A stretch of DNA of 64,000 nt. Origin: Mobula birostris (Eukaryota). Below, piece by piece: positions 28,037 to 41,901 of this stretch. Within the stretch, counting starts at the first letter, position 1, and every line of letters starts with the position of its first letter. Below the pieces are notes generated by a model. The model saw only the letters and a list, made by a program, of their open reading frames with translations. It made no database searches and was not told where the DNA came from. The stretch lies in assembly GCF_030028105.1 (NCBI RefSeq), contig NC_092379.1:20623309-20687308 (forward strand). The letters are read 5' to 3'. The translations under genes were made by a program, and so were the position numbers.

Positions 28037-29910
28037 ACACAGGTTGGAGAACCTTGAAAGCCTTCTTTGATTCCCAGGTTTTCTGGAGGGAAGCCACCAA
28101 GGAGAACATCAAGAGGTTCTTCATCCGCAAGGGTATCCAGAAAGCAAGGCAGGAGCAGAGGGAACTGCGTAAACTCCAGACAGAGTTGCAGCAACTCCTC
28201 CTTCTGCAGTCGAAGGGGGTAGATGTCAGGGAGGAATTACGACAGGTCAAGGGCCGGCAAGCCCAGCACCTCGCCGCCGAATCCTCCAAGATCATCTTCC
28301 GATCAAGGGTCCAAACCGTTGAGCAGGACGAGACGTGCTCACGCTTCTTCTTCCAAAAGGTGCACGAGGGGGAGCTCTGTGATCCACAACCTTAAGGAGG
28401 AGGACGGCTCAGTCATGTCCTCGCAGACCGACATACTGAGGATCTCCAAGTCCTTTTATGCCGTTCTGTACGACGAAAATGCTACAGACTCCACACCCTC
28501 CCGCAACTTCCTGTCATCTATCATGCAGGTCTTAGACGACGGCAAGTGGGAGAGTCTGGATCAGCCACTGACCCTGGACGAGTTGACAGGCTCCGTCCAT
28601 TCCTTTGGGTCGAATAGGACTCCCGGAGGCGACGGCCTACAGGTTGAGTTGTATTCGGCTCTGTGGAACTGGATGGGCCCTGACCTGCTGGAAGTGTACA
28701 ACGCTATGCTTCTGGCCGGCAGCATGTTAGAATCCGTGAGGAAAGGCATCATCACCCTCATCTACAAGCAGAAGGGGGAAAGGGAGGACATTAGGAATTG
28801 GAGACCCATCTCTCACCTGAATGTGGACTACAAGATCCTGTCCAAGATCATCGCCAACAGGGTCAAGTCTGCTGTGGGACAGGTGATCCACCCGGACCAA
28901 ACCTGTGCTGCACCGGACTGGAAGATCTCGGACAGCCTTGCACGTACTGTCCTGCAGGCACTGCAGGAGAAGGAAGAGATGGACTCAGTGGGGTGGTTGC
29001 CTGAGCAAACTGTCTAGTACATCTGGCAAATTGCCTCATGGCCAGACCTCACCAACATGCACAAAGACCTCGCCTGGCTGGCGGTCAGAGGGGCCCTCCC
29101 AGTCAGATCCCTCCTGTACGCCCGGAATGTCGTCTCCACACCCCGCTGCCCACGGGAGGACTGCAACGGGGTGGAGTCAGTGACTCAACTCTTTGCACAC
29201 TGTGGGTTCGCGAAGAAGGTGTGGAGGAGAATGGAAGGGACGGTGTCAAATTCATGCCCAGCAACTGCGTAACCGAGGACTCCGTGATCTACGGGCTGTT
29301 CCCGGGGACGCACACGGAGACAAACATCCGGTGCTGTAGTCAGATCATCAATTCGGTGAAAGACGCGCTTTGGTCTGCCCGAAACTTGGTGGTCTGCCGG
29401 CACATGGAGATGTCCGTGACTGAATGCTGCCGACTGGCTCACTCTCGCCTGCAGGAGTACGTGCTGAGGGATGCACTCAAGCTTGGGGCGGCCACCGCGA
29501 AGGCCCGGTGGGGAAGGACCACAGTTTAAGGTTCATCACCCGTGGGAGTGTGAGGGGTTGGGTGGGGAGGAGACTAACCCTCATCAGCGTGTGGACAGAT
29601 GAATCAACATGGTGCCCCAGGAGTGGGTGGAATTGTCAATTTGGAAAAGGAATTAGAGCCAACGCCTGCCTTTATTGTTGATAATTTTATTGTTAATAAG
29701 TCTTAACTCTTGACCAAGGGTTGAGAGTAAATGAACGATTTATTGTAAACATCTTTCATTTGTATATGAACAGAGAGTCAACGCATAATTTTATTGTAAA
29801 TAACTTTATTTATTAAATAAGGACTCAGAGTCAACGAATGTTTTTTTCTTATATGTATATAACTTTATTTTGTAATAATTCTGAATAAAGTATTCTTGGA
29901 GGGAAAAAAA
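28037..29910 (+). mobile_element. Tx1-clade LINE, 5'-truncated with an internal RT deletion, inserted in the ERV gag region
   Basis: EQDETCSRFFFQK, RTPGGDGL, NWRPISHLNVDYKILSK and zf-RVT-like LAVRGALPVR...CPREDC. It ends in AATAAA and an A-run at 29904-29910. Confidence 0.9.
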
Positions 29911-31305
29911 CATCTGAATATCTCCAGGCAGGGGCTTATCAATTTCTCAAATTTGTCCCAACCAATTATGGACGGCGCGAGGTTTCTTGATGGGAGTATG
30001 AGCAGCCTGTATCATAGCCTGAACTTCGGACGGGGTCCACGGCCGGATTACCGCGGTGATGCCAATCATAATTTTTGGATATTGCGTAACAGCATTTAGT
30101 TCTGACCGCTTCTCTTTGCTCCCTCCCTCACTTTCCCTGTTCTACTGCGCAAATTCTTGGCAGGTCCCACTTTTTCAATCCGCTCCACTGGTGCAGAATG
30201 ACCCCTAAAAATGGACTAATCTTTTCTAGATAATTCTTTGGCTTGGGGCTGGTTTCCCTCCTGCTCCTCGGTTTCGATTGCTTGACCATTATCAGGCGGG
30301 GGTCGGGCACTCGATTCTGTAGTATAACTTCTGCTAACATTAAAATTTCGTCCAGACTGCATTCGGGCTGGCTCGGGCTGTCTTATACTATCCAGGCAGG
30401 GATATAAACCTTCAGACGCATCCCCTTTCTTTTGTTTGGAAATCGTTTGGTCAGTCTCAGTCTTTTTATTTTGGTTCGGAGGTTGACGTCGTTTAGTTAG
30501 CTCCAGCCACTTAGCCAAGCAAGTCTAGTCCACCGACAATCAACTGCACGCATACACAGCGCCAAACGAGACAACGCCTCCCCGAACCAGGGCGCAAATC
30601 ACAGCAACACACAAAACACCCAACAGCTGAGAGTGTAAGGATAAAACCTACAGATGAATTACTCGCAAATAAACAAAGTAACGTGCATTAATTAAAAACG
30701 TCATCACATAGTCACAATCCCACGTAGGATCTGTCTCTGTTACCAGTTTCTTGTTTAAAATATCCAATTTTCCTTAAATCAACCCCCCCCCCCCACCATA
30801 AGGGCGCTGGCGATGTGTCCAGCCATACAAGTCACTAGTAAAAGGAATCACATACCTGCTATCTCCAGTTTCCCACCATACCGTATCAGCAGGGGAGCCT
30901 GGCGGCACCAGCGGCTCTGCCAGGTACTTCTTCACTCGTTCAGCCTTCTGGTGCTTCTTTCTCGTCCTTTTCTTTATCTTTACAGGGAACTGTCTCTCTC
31001 CGCATTCCTCATGAATTTTACTATTACTACTTCCCATCCTCCTTCAATCTCCTTACCCAGTCCAGCAAAACAAAAAGTCAGGCGCAAGCCCAAGTGCGAA
31101 AGAAGTCTTATTTATATAATTATTTAAATTTACGAGATGCTGCGGTTTTCCTATATGGTCTTGCCGATCGCATCTTTCCTACCCGATCACGGGCCAGAAT
31201 CAGGGGTTCTCAAAGTGGATCACGCAACGGGGTGGGGTGGGGGGCTAACTCGAAGGTATCTTTGTGACGCTCAGTTACTCTATCGTTCGATCCCGTTTTG
31301 TAGGG

Positions 31306-31324
31306 ATCCTGCTAGACTACGCCA
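31306..31324 (-). other. Primer-binding site resembling the tRNA-Ser 3' end
   Basis: TGGCGTAGTCTAGCAGGAT compared with the tRNA-Ser complement TGGCGTAGTCGGCAGGAT (one indel and one mismatch). It lies 3 nt after the LTR-terminal CA. Confidence 0.7.
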
Positions 31325-32639
31325 ATTTGTCAGAGAAGTTTTAAAATGAAGCTCGATACCAACATTCATGAGGCGATTTTTTTACTTTAGCATGATACCA
31401 CGAAGTGTCCACGTGGAACTCTGAGTTACGAGGAATCGTAACTCGTAACGCTTGTGTTTATATCTAGTAGCGAAACAAGTGAGCGAAACCAACCTTCCCC
31501 GCCCCCCATAGCAAGACAAAAAGTTGATTAGTGCCTCATCCATCAGCTGTTATCTTGTGCAGCTCTCTCTCTAATGAGGGGTTTCGGCCTGAATGATCAT
31601 ATTAGTTATGCAGACTTGGAACTTAATCGGGAAACACGGGATGTCCACAAGGTCACAAAGCTTTAGCAACTTACAGTTATTTGAACCCTATATTCGAAAT
31701 TTTCTTCCACATGGGATCACAAAGGCTTTCTTCTGAAACTTGAGCAAATCCCGGCTTGAATTCAAATAGGAAACATTTATTTTAATGAGAAAGAGAAAGG
31801 AAAAAAAAACCTTCGGAAATGTGCGATGGACATGTAAGAAGTAAAGCCAAATTGAGTGGAATCATATGGGACAAGAACCCAGTGTCTGTCCAGATGCAGA
31901 GTGTCCACTTGAAATGTTTTCCCTTCCTTTCCTTGCACAGTTGTTGTCTAACCTGCTGAGTTCATCTTGCAGTCTGAGTTTTCCATCAGATTCTAGTGTC
32001 TGCAGTCTCCTCTGTCTTCAAGAGAATTCTCTTCCTGATGAAATGCATAGAACATGGACTCCTCATCACCAACAAACTGCACTGTGAGAGACAAGTGAAA
32101 GACTTCATTGAAACATATTTGATCCAAGTCCGGGCACCTGATAGATATCATCGTCTTTGGGACAAGAAGCATTGAGGTTGTTGGAAATATAGGAGGTGAC
32201 AGCAGCTGGACAGACTGTTTAATCACTGAGAATCACTGATTGAATACAGTGGAAGAAAGTCAATTTGCCTATTAAAGTGTCTGGTGGCTGCATTCATGAG
32301 CAAACCAGCAGATCTCCCTGTCTTGTCTCTCACTTATTTTGCAGTTTGTCTTCCTTACAAAATTCCATTTCCCTTTTGAATATCACAGTTGGATCAGCAC
32401 CCTCTATAAGCCACAGCAGTGATTTCTAGACACATGCCTCTCACTGTATAGATCATTCCTTCCTGATGTGACTCTGATTCTTTTGTCAACCCTACTCATT
32501 CTGCAACCTCTACATTCACCGATATCCGGGACGCTGGAGGTCTCCCGGACTTCTCACATTGGGATTCGATTCGATTGGGCCACTGGAAAAAGCTGAAAGC
32601 TTGCTAACACTCCACTGACCACTGGAAAAAGCCCAAAGC

Positions 32640-32950
32640 CCACAAATGCTACTTTTGAGCACTCTTGCCATGGCCTGTGTGTAGACTCTTCTCTTGATTC
32701 AAGTGGGCAACGGGATAGACTTCAGTAGACCTAGCAGCACTCATATCCCCCTTTACATTGGCAACACATTGACAAGCAGTTTCAAACTCCAGGGAATGCA
32801 CATCACACACAAACTCTAATGGTCCCAAAACACAATCTACACAACCAGGGAAGCTCACTTTTGCCTTTGCTTTCCGAGAAAGCTGAAGAGAGCTGGAAAT
32901 CCACATCACTTCATTGTATAGATGTGTGGTAGAGAACATCTTAACAAGCT
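32640..32950 (-). mobile_element. Rex1/Babar-type LINE fragment
   Basis: Same family signature (ttctctaccacacatctatacaatg). Confidence 0.6.
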
Positions 32951-32959
32951 GAAACTTGG

Positions 32960-35715
32960 CTAATGGATGGCTGCTATTGGGAGCTGAACGTCCAAGGATA
33001 TACAGTTTATTGGAAAGATAGGTTAGTTGGCAGAGGGGTGGTGTGGCTCTGTGTATAATAAATAATATTACTGTAAATCACTGGAACGAGATTACGTAGG
33101 ATTCAAGGTGTAGAGTCTCTATGGGTTGAGTCAAGTAATGGCAAGGGCAAAAGGACCCTAACGGCAGTTGTATACAGGCCTCTAAACAGCAGTCGGGATG
33201 TGGATTACAAATTACAGCAGGTTATCGAAAAGGCATATCAGAAAGGCAATGTCATGATAATCGTTGGGGATTTTAACAGGAAAGTGGATTGGGAAAACCA
33301 GGCCAGTACTGGACCTCAAGAGAGAGTTTGTAGAATGTCCAAGGGATGGCTTTTAAAAACAGCTTGTTGTTGAGCCCACTAGGGAATCGGCCGTGCTGGA
33401 TTGGGTGTTGGGCAATGATATGGAGGTGATAAGAGAGTTTAAGGTTAAGGAACCCTTCGGGAACAGTGATCACAATATGATCGAGTTCACTTTGAAATTT
33501 GAGAGGAAAAAAAGCAAAATCTAATGTGTCGGTATTTCAGTGGAATAAAGCAAATTACGTTGGCATGAGAGGGGAACTGGCTGAAGCTGACTAGAAAGGG
33601 ACATTTGCAGGAACGACAGCAGAGCAGCAATGGCTGGAGCTTCTGTGAACAGTGAGGGAAGTGCAAGACAGATATGTTCCAAATAAGAAGAAATTTTCAA
33701 AGGGAAGAAGGAAACTACCGTGGCTGACAAGTGAAGTCAGAGCCAAAGTAAAACAAAAGAGAGGGCACACAAGGAAGCCAGGGGTAGTGGGAAGATAGAG
33801 GAATGGGGAGCTTTTAAAAACTTGCAGAAGGAAACTAAGAAGTACATTAGGAAGGAAAAGATGAATTATGAAAGGAAGCTGGCGACTTATATCAAAGAAG
33901 ACACTGAAATCTTTTTCAAGCATATAAAGTGTAAAAGAGAGTCGAGGGTAGATATAGGACCAATACAGAATGACACTGGAGAATTTGTAATGTGAGATGC
34001 AGAGATGGCAGAGGAACTGAATGCATCTTTTGCATCAGTCTTCACAGTGGAAGACATCTGCAGTATAACAAACATACAAGAGTGTCAGGGAAGTGAGGAT
34101 TGTGCAGAGAAAATTACGACTGAGAAGGTGCTCAGGAAGATGAATGGTCTGAGGGTGGATAAGTCTCCTGGACCTGATGGAATGCACCCTGGGGTTCTGA
34201 AGGAAGTAGCTGGAGAGATTGAGGAGGCGTTAACGATGATCTTTCACAAATCGATAGATTCTGGCATTGTACCGGATTACTGGAAAATTGCAAATGTTAC
34301 TCCGCTATTTAAGAAGGGTGGGAGGTGGCAGAAAGGAAATTATAGACCTGTAGCCTGAGTCAGTGGTTGGGAAGTTGTTGGAATCAATTGTTAGGGATGA
34401 GGTTATGCCGTACCTGGAGGCACATGACAGGATAGACCAAAGCCAGCATGGTTTCCTGAAAGGAAAATCCCGCCTGATTAACCGACTGCAATTTTTTGAG
34501 GAAATTACAAGCAGGGTAAACAAAGGAGGTGTAGTAGATGTGGTGTACTTGGATTTTCAGAAGGCCTTTGACAAGGTGCCGCACACAAAGCTGCTCAGCA
34601 AGATAAGCGCCAATGGAATTACAGAGAAGTTACCAGCATGGGTGGAGCATTGGCTGATCGGCAGAGAACAGAGAGTGGGAATAAAGGGATCCTACTCTGG
34701 CTAGCTGCTGGTTTCCAGTGGAGTTCCACAGGGGTCAGTGTTGGGACCGCTACTTTTTACGATGTATATCAATGATTTGGACTATGGGATTAATGGATTT
34801 GTGGCTAAATTTGCTGATAATACAAAGATAGGTGGAGGAGCGGGTAGTGTTGAGGAAACTGAAAAACTGCAGAGAGACTTAGATAGTTTAGGGGAATGGG
34901 CAAAGAAGTGGCAAATGAAATACATCGTCGGTCATGCACTTTGGCCGAAGAAATAAATGGGCAGACTATTATTTAGATGGGGAGAGAATTCAAAATGCAG
35001 AGATGCAAAGAGTCTTGGAAGTTCTTGTGCAGGATGCTCTAAACGTTAACCTCCAAGTTGAGTCCACTGTGAAGAAGGTGAATGCAATGTTGACATTCAT
35101 TTCTAAAGGTACAGAATATAAGAGCCGGGATGTGATGTTGAGGCCCTAAAAGGCACTCATGAGACCATACTTGGAGTATTGTGTGCACTTTTGGGCTTCT
35201 TATTTTAGAAAATATATACTGACATTGAAGAGGGTTCAGAGAAGATTCACGAGAATGATTCCAGGAAGGAGAGAGTTACCGTATGAGGATGTTTTGGCAG
35301 CTCTTGGGCTGTATTCCCTGGAGTTAAGGAGAATGATGGGGTATCTCATAGAAACATTCCAAATGTTGAAAGGACTGAACAGATTAGATATAGATAAGTT
35401 ATTTCCCATGGCAGGGGATTCTAGGACAAGAGGGCACAACTTCAGGATTGAAGGACATCCTTTTAGAATCGGAGAAGTTACTTTAGTCAAAGGGTGGTAA
35501 ATCTGTGGAATTTGTTGCCATGAGTGGCTCTGGAGGCCAAGTCATTGGGTACATTTAAAGCAGAGATAGATGGGCTTTTGATTAGCCAGGGAATCAAAGG
35601 GTATGGGGAGAAAGCAGGGGAGTGGGGTTGACTGGATGAAGTGGATCAGCCCATGATTGAATGGCAGAACAGACTCGATGGGCTGAATGGCCTACTTCTG
35701 CTCCTGTATTTTATG
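32960..35715 (+). mobile_element. Degenerate CR1 ORF2 (endonuclease and RT) with 3' UTR
   Basis: DKSPGPDGMHP, YLDFQKAFDKVPH, LGPLLFTMYINDLD and KFADN. Confidence 0.92.
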
Positions 35716-35799
35716 GTCATATGCCTCACTGCTTGGTGATGCAAAATATATTTCATGACATCTGCCAGTGACATTAAACCTGATTCTGGTTCTGATTCT

Positions 35800-36375
35800 T
35801 CTGGTACAGAAACTATACTGTGGCAGACGGGAGGGCTGTACAATGGAGTATACTACCAGCAGTCTAGTGGGTAGTCCAGACAGCCCACTACATAGGCCGA
35901 CCCTCCATCAAGGACTAATATACAGAGAAGTTTTGGAAAAGGGCCAGTGACATCATGAACTATCTCACCCACAATGGCTCATGGATTCTTTGTCCCACTC
36001 CTATCAGGGAGGATGCTATGCAGTATCCATGCCAGAACCACCCGACTCAAAAACAGTTACTTTCCCCAAGCAGTAAAGCTGATCAACACCCCCACTCACT
36101 AACTCCACCACTACTTTGTTATTTCCTCTCAATCACCTATGTACAGCCTCACATCACTTTATGGAATACAAACAAAATCTACCTATGATATAAGTTAATT
36201 TTATGTATTTTATGTAAAGTAAGTTATTTTATGTATTTATATTTATGATCTTTTTATTATTGTTGTGTTCTCTATCTTATTGTGGGTTTTGTGTGCATCA
36301 GATCTGGAGTAACAATTATTTTGCTGTCCTTTACATCTGTGTACAGGAAATCACATGAAACAATCTGAAATCTTG
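35800..36375 (+). mobile_element. Rex1/Babar-type LINE 3' fragment
   Basis: Family 3' UTR; ends gaaacaatctgaaatcttga. Confidence 0.6.
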
Positions 36376-38189
36376 AGTCCTGGAGCCTTTGTGATTGGAA
36401 ATACCTTCACAGACGTTCTCTCCACTTCCTCCTTTCCAAACAAAATAATTCTGGCTGCTCCATTGTCTAAACAAAGTCCTTTATTCCTGGAATCATCCTA
36501 ATATTCTGTCAGGGTGGCTCTTCTCTCCTCTGATACTGTTCTGAATTATGGATAATACAAACCTAGGGATAATGTAAATATATAAAACTGATTCTCCTTT
36601 TGCCAGAATCAGTTTTCTATATGAATAGACATCATTGTTTTCTTCCCTATTACATCCTAATTATTTGGACCGTAAAGGGATTACTAACAAATGAAATGAT
36701 GTCATTAGCGGGTTTCCTGCACATTTTGGCTGTTCCTGCCGTGGAGATGGTGTGAATACTATATACTGTGTCACGAGTATAATTCTCACATCCCTGTTAC
36801 TGTCAGTGATATAGAAATAATGTTAATACTCCAGATTGTTGTCAGTGATATGATACTTGCACACCCAGACTGTTAGTTGGTTAAGGATGAGGATCACATC
36901 ACTGTTGGTGTCTATGAGGTGGGTGAAATGATGATGTAGGAGCAGACATCTGTTTCCAAGTGCAAACGGTGCCTGTCATACAGACAGTAGCATTCCCAAT
37001 GTCCTGAGTACAGTTGTCCTCCATTGTGCCAGAGATTGCAGTGTGGGAATTGCTGTCACAGAATCTTCACTGAAGTGCTGTGGTACATTTTGTAGATAGT
37101 ATACATGCATTCATGGTATATCAGTGGTGGGGGAATGAACTGAGGTGTGGGTTGACAAACCATATACATCACCAAATGTACCAACACATCAGGTGCCAAC
37201 AATCATGTCTACACATCTGTAAAATCACAAAAGAGGCAACGAATGGCCAAAGTACAGTCCCATCAAGAAGATGGTGGATCATTAAAAGCGAATGAAATGA
37301 GTCGACTCCAAAAGAAGCAACTTACAGGAGGGTGGAGCCCAGCACATGAGAGTTAAAGACGAGGCACGAATGCTTTATGATGAACTTCCCTCAGAAATGG
37401 TATGAAAGAGTTCAGATTAGATTAGGTTGGTTTATGCCATGTACACCAGGGTGCAATCAAATTCCTTCTTCGCATGAAGCTGATAGAGCTGCCAATATAC
37501 ACGATGATAGGAAATACATTTATAAGCTGAGAAACAGCACAAGGATTGTTGTGCAGTGTGAGGGAATGCCACAAAACAACACACTACATGGACAGAAACA
37601 GAATAAAGAAGAGAACGGTATGAGAACGTGGCAACACCACCAGGAAGAAGATGTGAAAGAATTGATCAGCTCAGTAGAGTGATATCAAGGGGAAAAGATT
37701 TTCATCAGTCCGGACATTTGGGTTTTCCAGCTTCTTGACATTCTCCAAAAGGTAGAAGACTGAAAAGGGAATGTTCAGCATGGTATGCAACCTTGAAAAT
37801 ACCACGAGTCTTCCTGAGATAATGCACGATGAAGACGGACTGGATGAGAGGAATGAACAAGCCTCTGATGGACTGGGCTGTGTTTCACACTCTCTTCAGG
37901 TTCAGACGGTCAAGAGCCGAGCAGCTGCCGTACAGGAGTGTGATGCAACCTGTCCAAGTGCTTTCTACACAAATCTGTAGAAACTTGAGAGATTCTCGGC
38001 AGACATACTAAATCTCAGATATGTAACAAAAGGAATATGCTAATGAATTTTCTTGATCACAACAACAGTGTGAAGGGACTTGGTGAGGTTGCTGGTGATA
38101 AGGGTGCCAAGGAAGCTGAAGCTGTGGAATATTTCTACAGCAGCTCCATCGATGAGTTGGTGCTGTATCTGGCCACAGAGTTATGTTGT

Positions 38190-39190
38190 TACAGGGAGCA
38201 GATCCATGACGAATGGTGTACCTCAGGGGTCAGTGCTGGGTCACTTGCTGTTTGTCATCCACATCAAAGATTTGGATAAGAATGTACAAGGCATCGTTAG
38301 TAAGTTTGTAGATGACGTTGAAGTAAGTAGTAAAGTGAACTGTGAATTACACAATCAAAACTTACAGGAGTATGTTGATTAGCTGAGCAAATGGGCAGAG
38401 CAGTAGCAGTTGGTTTTTAATTCAGATCAGTGTGAGGTGTTGTATTTTGGAAAGTCAAACCAATATAGGACATTCAGGGTAACTGGCGGGTTGCGGGGTA
38501 GTGTTGAGGAACAGAGGGACCTTGGAGTTCAAGCTCATGGTTCACTGAGTGTGCTATCAGGGTTAGATAGGATGGTGAGGAATGGTTTTGGAATGCTGAT
38601 CTTATTTATATAGAGCATAGATTCTGAATTTTGGGTGGTCATGGAGCAGTTGTATAAGGCACTGGTGAGGCCGCACTTGCAGTATTATGTTCATTTTATT
38701 CACCAAGCTGCAAGAAATATATCATTATACCGGAAAGAATGCAGAAAAGATTTACAAGGATGCTGCCAGGACTCTAGGGACTGAGTTATAGGGAGAGGTT
38801 GGACAGGCAAAGCTTTATTCCTTGGAGTGTAGGAGAATGAGGGGAGATTTGATAAAATCACGAGGACACAGCTGTGATGAATCCACTCAGTCTTTTACTG
38901 AAGATTGGGGAATCAAGAACTAGATGGCTTAGGTTTCAGCTGAGAGTGGCTTAATAGAAATGTGAAGCAATTTTTAAACAAATGTTCGAAACTATGTGGA
39001 ATATGCTACTGGAGGAAGTGATTGAGTTATGTTAATAACAACTTTTAAAAAGCAGTTGGACAGGTTCATGGACAGGAACATTTTGGAAGGTTATGGGCCA
39101 AACACTGAGAAATGAGACCCACCCGGATCGGCATCTTGGTCAGCATTTGAGACTTATGCTAAAGGCCTGTTTCCATGCTATAGGACTCCA
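38190..39190 (+). mobile_element. Old CR1 RT 3' fragment
   Basis: GVPQGSVLGHLLFVIHIKDLD...SKFVDD. Confidence 0.8.
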
Positions 39191-39269
39191 TCAATCTACA
39201 CTAAGGGCAATTTATGGTAACCAATTAACCTACCAACAAAGCATGTCTTTGGGCTGTGGGAAAAAAATA

Positions 39270-41901
39270 CTTTGCAGTGTGACATATTCATCTGAAGAGC
39301 TCCTGTAGCCTCAGGGCCTCCTGGCACAATGGACTCCTCCTGTGCACTGTTTCACCCGAACTTTCCAGCAACCGCTGTCTGTCTGTAACACTGACACCCA
39401 GTGGCTCGCGGTGCTATTACAGCAGCCAGTTTGACTGAAACCTCGATGCCTGATTTCATAGAAACATAGAAACATAGAAAATAGGTGCAAGAGTAGGCCA
39501 TTCGGCCCGTCGAGCCTGCGCCGCCATTTATTATGATCATGGCTGATCATCCAACTCAGAACCCTGCACCAGCCTTCCCTCCATACCCACTGATCCCCCT
39601 AGCCACAAGGGCCATATCTAACTTCCTCTTAAATATAGCCAATGAACTGGCCTCAACTGTTTCCTGTGGCAGAGAATTCCACAGATTCACCACTCTCTGT
39701 GTGAAGAAGTTTTTCCTAATCTCAGTCCTAAAAGGCTTCCCCCTTATCCTCAAAGTGTGACCCCTCGTTCTGGACTTCCCCAACATCGGGAACAATCTTC
39801 CTGCATCTAGCCTGTCCAATCCCTTTAGTGTTTTATACATTTCAATCAGATCCTCCCTCAATCTTCTAAATTCCAACAAGTACAAGCCTAGTTCATCCAG
39901 TCTTTCTTCATATGAAAGTCCTGCCATCCCAGGAATCAATCTGGTGAACCTTCTTTGTACTCCCTCTATGGCAAGGATGTCTTTCCTCAGATTAGGGGAC
40001 CAAAACTGCACACAGTACTCCACGTGTGGTCTCACCAAGGCCTTGTACAACTGCAGTAGTACCTCCCTGCTCCTGTACTCAAATCCTCTTGCTATAAATG
40101 CCAGCATACCATTCGCCTTTTTCACCGCCTGCTGTACCTGCATGCCCACTTTCAATGACTGGTGTATAATGACACCCAGGTCTCGTTGCACCTCCCCTTT
40201 TCCTAATTGGCCACCATTCAGATAATAATCTGTTTTCCTGTTTTTCCCACCAAAGTGGATAACCTCACATTTATCTAAATTAAATTGCATCTGCCATGAA
40301 CTTGCCCACTCACCTAACCTATCCAAGTCACCCTGCATCCTCTTAGCATCCTCCTCACAGTTAACACTGCCGCCCAGCTTCGTGTCATCCGCAAACTTGG
40401 AGATGCTGCATTTAATTCCCTCATCCAAGTCATTAATATATATTGTAAACAACTGGGGTCCCAGCACTGAGCCTTGCGGTACCCCACTAGTCACTGCCTG
40501 CCATTCGGAAAAGGTCCCGTTTATTCCCACTCTTTGCTTCCTGTCTGCTAACCAATTCTCTATCCACATCAATACCTTACCCCCAATACCATGTGCTTTA
40601 AGTTTGCACACTAATCTCCTGTGTGGGACCTTGTCAAAAGCCTTTTGAAAATCCAAATATACCACATCCACTGGTTCTCCCCTATCCACTCTACTAGTTA
40701 CATCCTCAAAAAATTCTATGAGATTCGTCAGACATGATTTTCCTTTCACAAATCCATGCTGACTTTGTCCGATGATTTCACCGCTTTCCAAATGTGCTGT
40801 TATTACATCTTTGATAACTGACTCCAGCAGTTTCCCCGCCACCGACGTTAGGCTAACTGGTCTATAATTCCCTGGTTTCTCTCTCCCTCCTTTTTTAAAA
40901 AGTGGGGTTACATTAGCCACCCTCCAATCCTCAGGAACTAGTCCAGAATCTAACGAGTTTTGAAAAATTATTGCTAATGCATCCACTATTTCTTGGGCTA
41001 CTTCCTTAAGCACTCTGGGATGCAGACCATCTGGCCCTGGGGATTTATCTGCCTTTAATCCCTTCAATTTACCTAACACCACTTCCCTACTAACATGTAT
41101 TTCGCTCAGTTCCTCCATCTCACTGGACCCTCTGTCCCCTAATATTTCTGGAAGATTATTTATGTCCTCCTTAGTGAAGACAGAACCAAAGTAATTATTC
41201 AATTGGTCTGCCATGTCCTTGCTCCCCATAATCAATTCACCTGTTTCTGTCTGTAGGGGACTTACATTTGTCTTTACCAGTCTTTTCCTCTTTACATATC
41301 TATAAAAGCTTTTACAGTCAGTTTTTATGTTCCCTGCCAGTTTTCTCTCATAATCTTTTTTTTCCCTTCCTAATTAAGCCCTTTGTCCTCCTCTGCTGAA
41401 CTCTGAATTTCTCCCAGCCCTCAGGTGAGCCACTTTTTCTGGCTAATTTGTATGCTTCTTCTTTGGAATTGATAATATTCCTAATTTCTCTTGTCAGCCA
41501 CGGGTGCACTACCTTCCTTGATTTATTCTTTTGCCAAACTGGGATGAACAATTGTTGTAGTTCATCCATGCAATCTTTAAATGCTTGCCATTGCATATCC
41601 ACTGTCAATCCTTTAAGTGTCATTTCAGAGGTGTTCCTCTGACCCCTCGTGTTTCAGGTTGTCACTGCAAGGAACCAAATGCTTTCCATCAAGTGAACTT
41701 CAATCCAGACACAAGAGACTGCAGATGCTGGAATCCAGGCAAACACACAATCTGCTGGAGAAACACAGCGATTTCAGCAGCATTGATGGCTGGAAAGAAA
41801 CTGTTGACTCCCTGTATCAGGTCAGTTCAAATTAGCATCAGGGTTACCACAGACAGAATGTAATCATCACTGAAGCAAAATAAAACCTGCTCAGGTTGCA
41901 T
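39270..41901 (-). pseudogene. Unidentified module, copy A' (exon 2 split by the young CR1)
   Basis: ATG at 41901, leader-like ASVMITFCL with donor TG|GTAACC at 41848, and acceptor ccttgcag|T at 41664. Exon 2 resumes at 39458. Confidence 0.45.
39459..41621 (-). mobile_element. Young 5'-truncated CR1 LINE with a long intact ORF2 segment (39556-41235, 559 aa)
   Basis: RT motifs YLDFQKAFDKV, GVPQGSVLGP and KFADD. The 3' tail is a short CATAGAAA repeat (+ strand), and ATTTCA is duplicated at 39453-39458 and 41622-41627. There is one frameshift, in a homopolymer near 41355. Confidence 0.95.

Larger units (their letters stand above)
22530..31870 (-). mobile_element. Class I-like endogenous retrovirus remnant (LTR-PBS-gag-pro-pol) interrupted by nested insertions
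   Basis: LTR-like end ...TGACA at 31328, followed by a PBS-like motif at 31324-31306. Gag-like text lies near 30500-29910 (RPWTPSEVQAM) and the RT (QYADD) near 26615. The RT connection is at 24110-23800, RNase H (LFTDGSS) near 23470, and integrase (VVVDMFSKWIEAF...INSDRETHFT) at 22860-22580. The outer LTR boundary is uncertain. Confidence 0.85.

Noticed and set aside
36690-37080. Cys-containing minus-strand text as an Ig or env remnant
   Set aside because: No sustained frame or recognisable motif.
39944-40648. Plus-strand ORFs of 88-93 aa, and many similar short ORFs in the track
   Set aside because: They are antisense or alternative frames of LINE reverse-transcriptase sequence.
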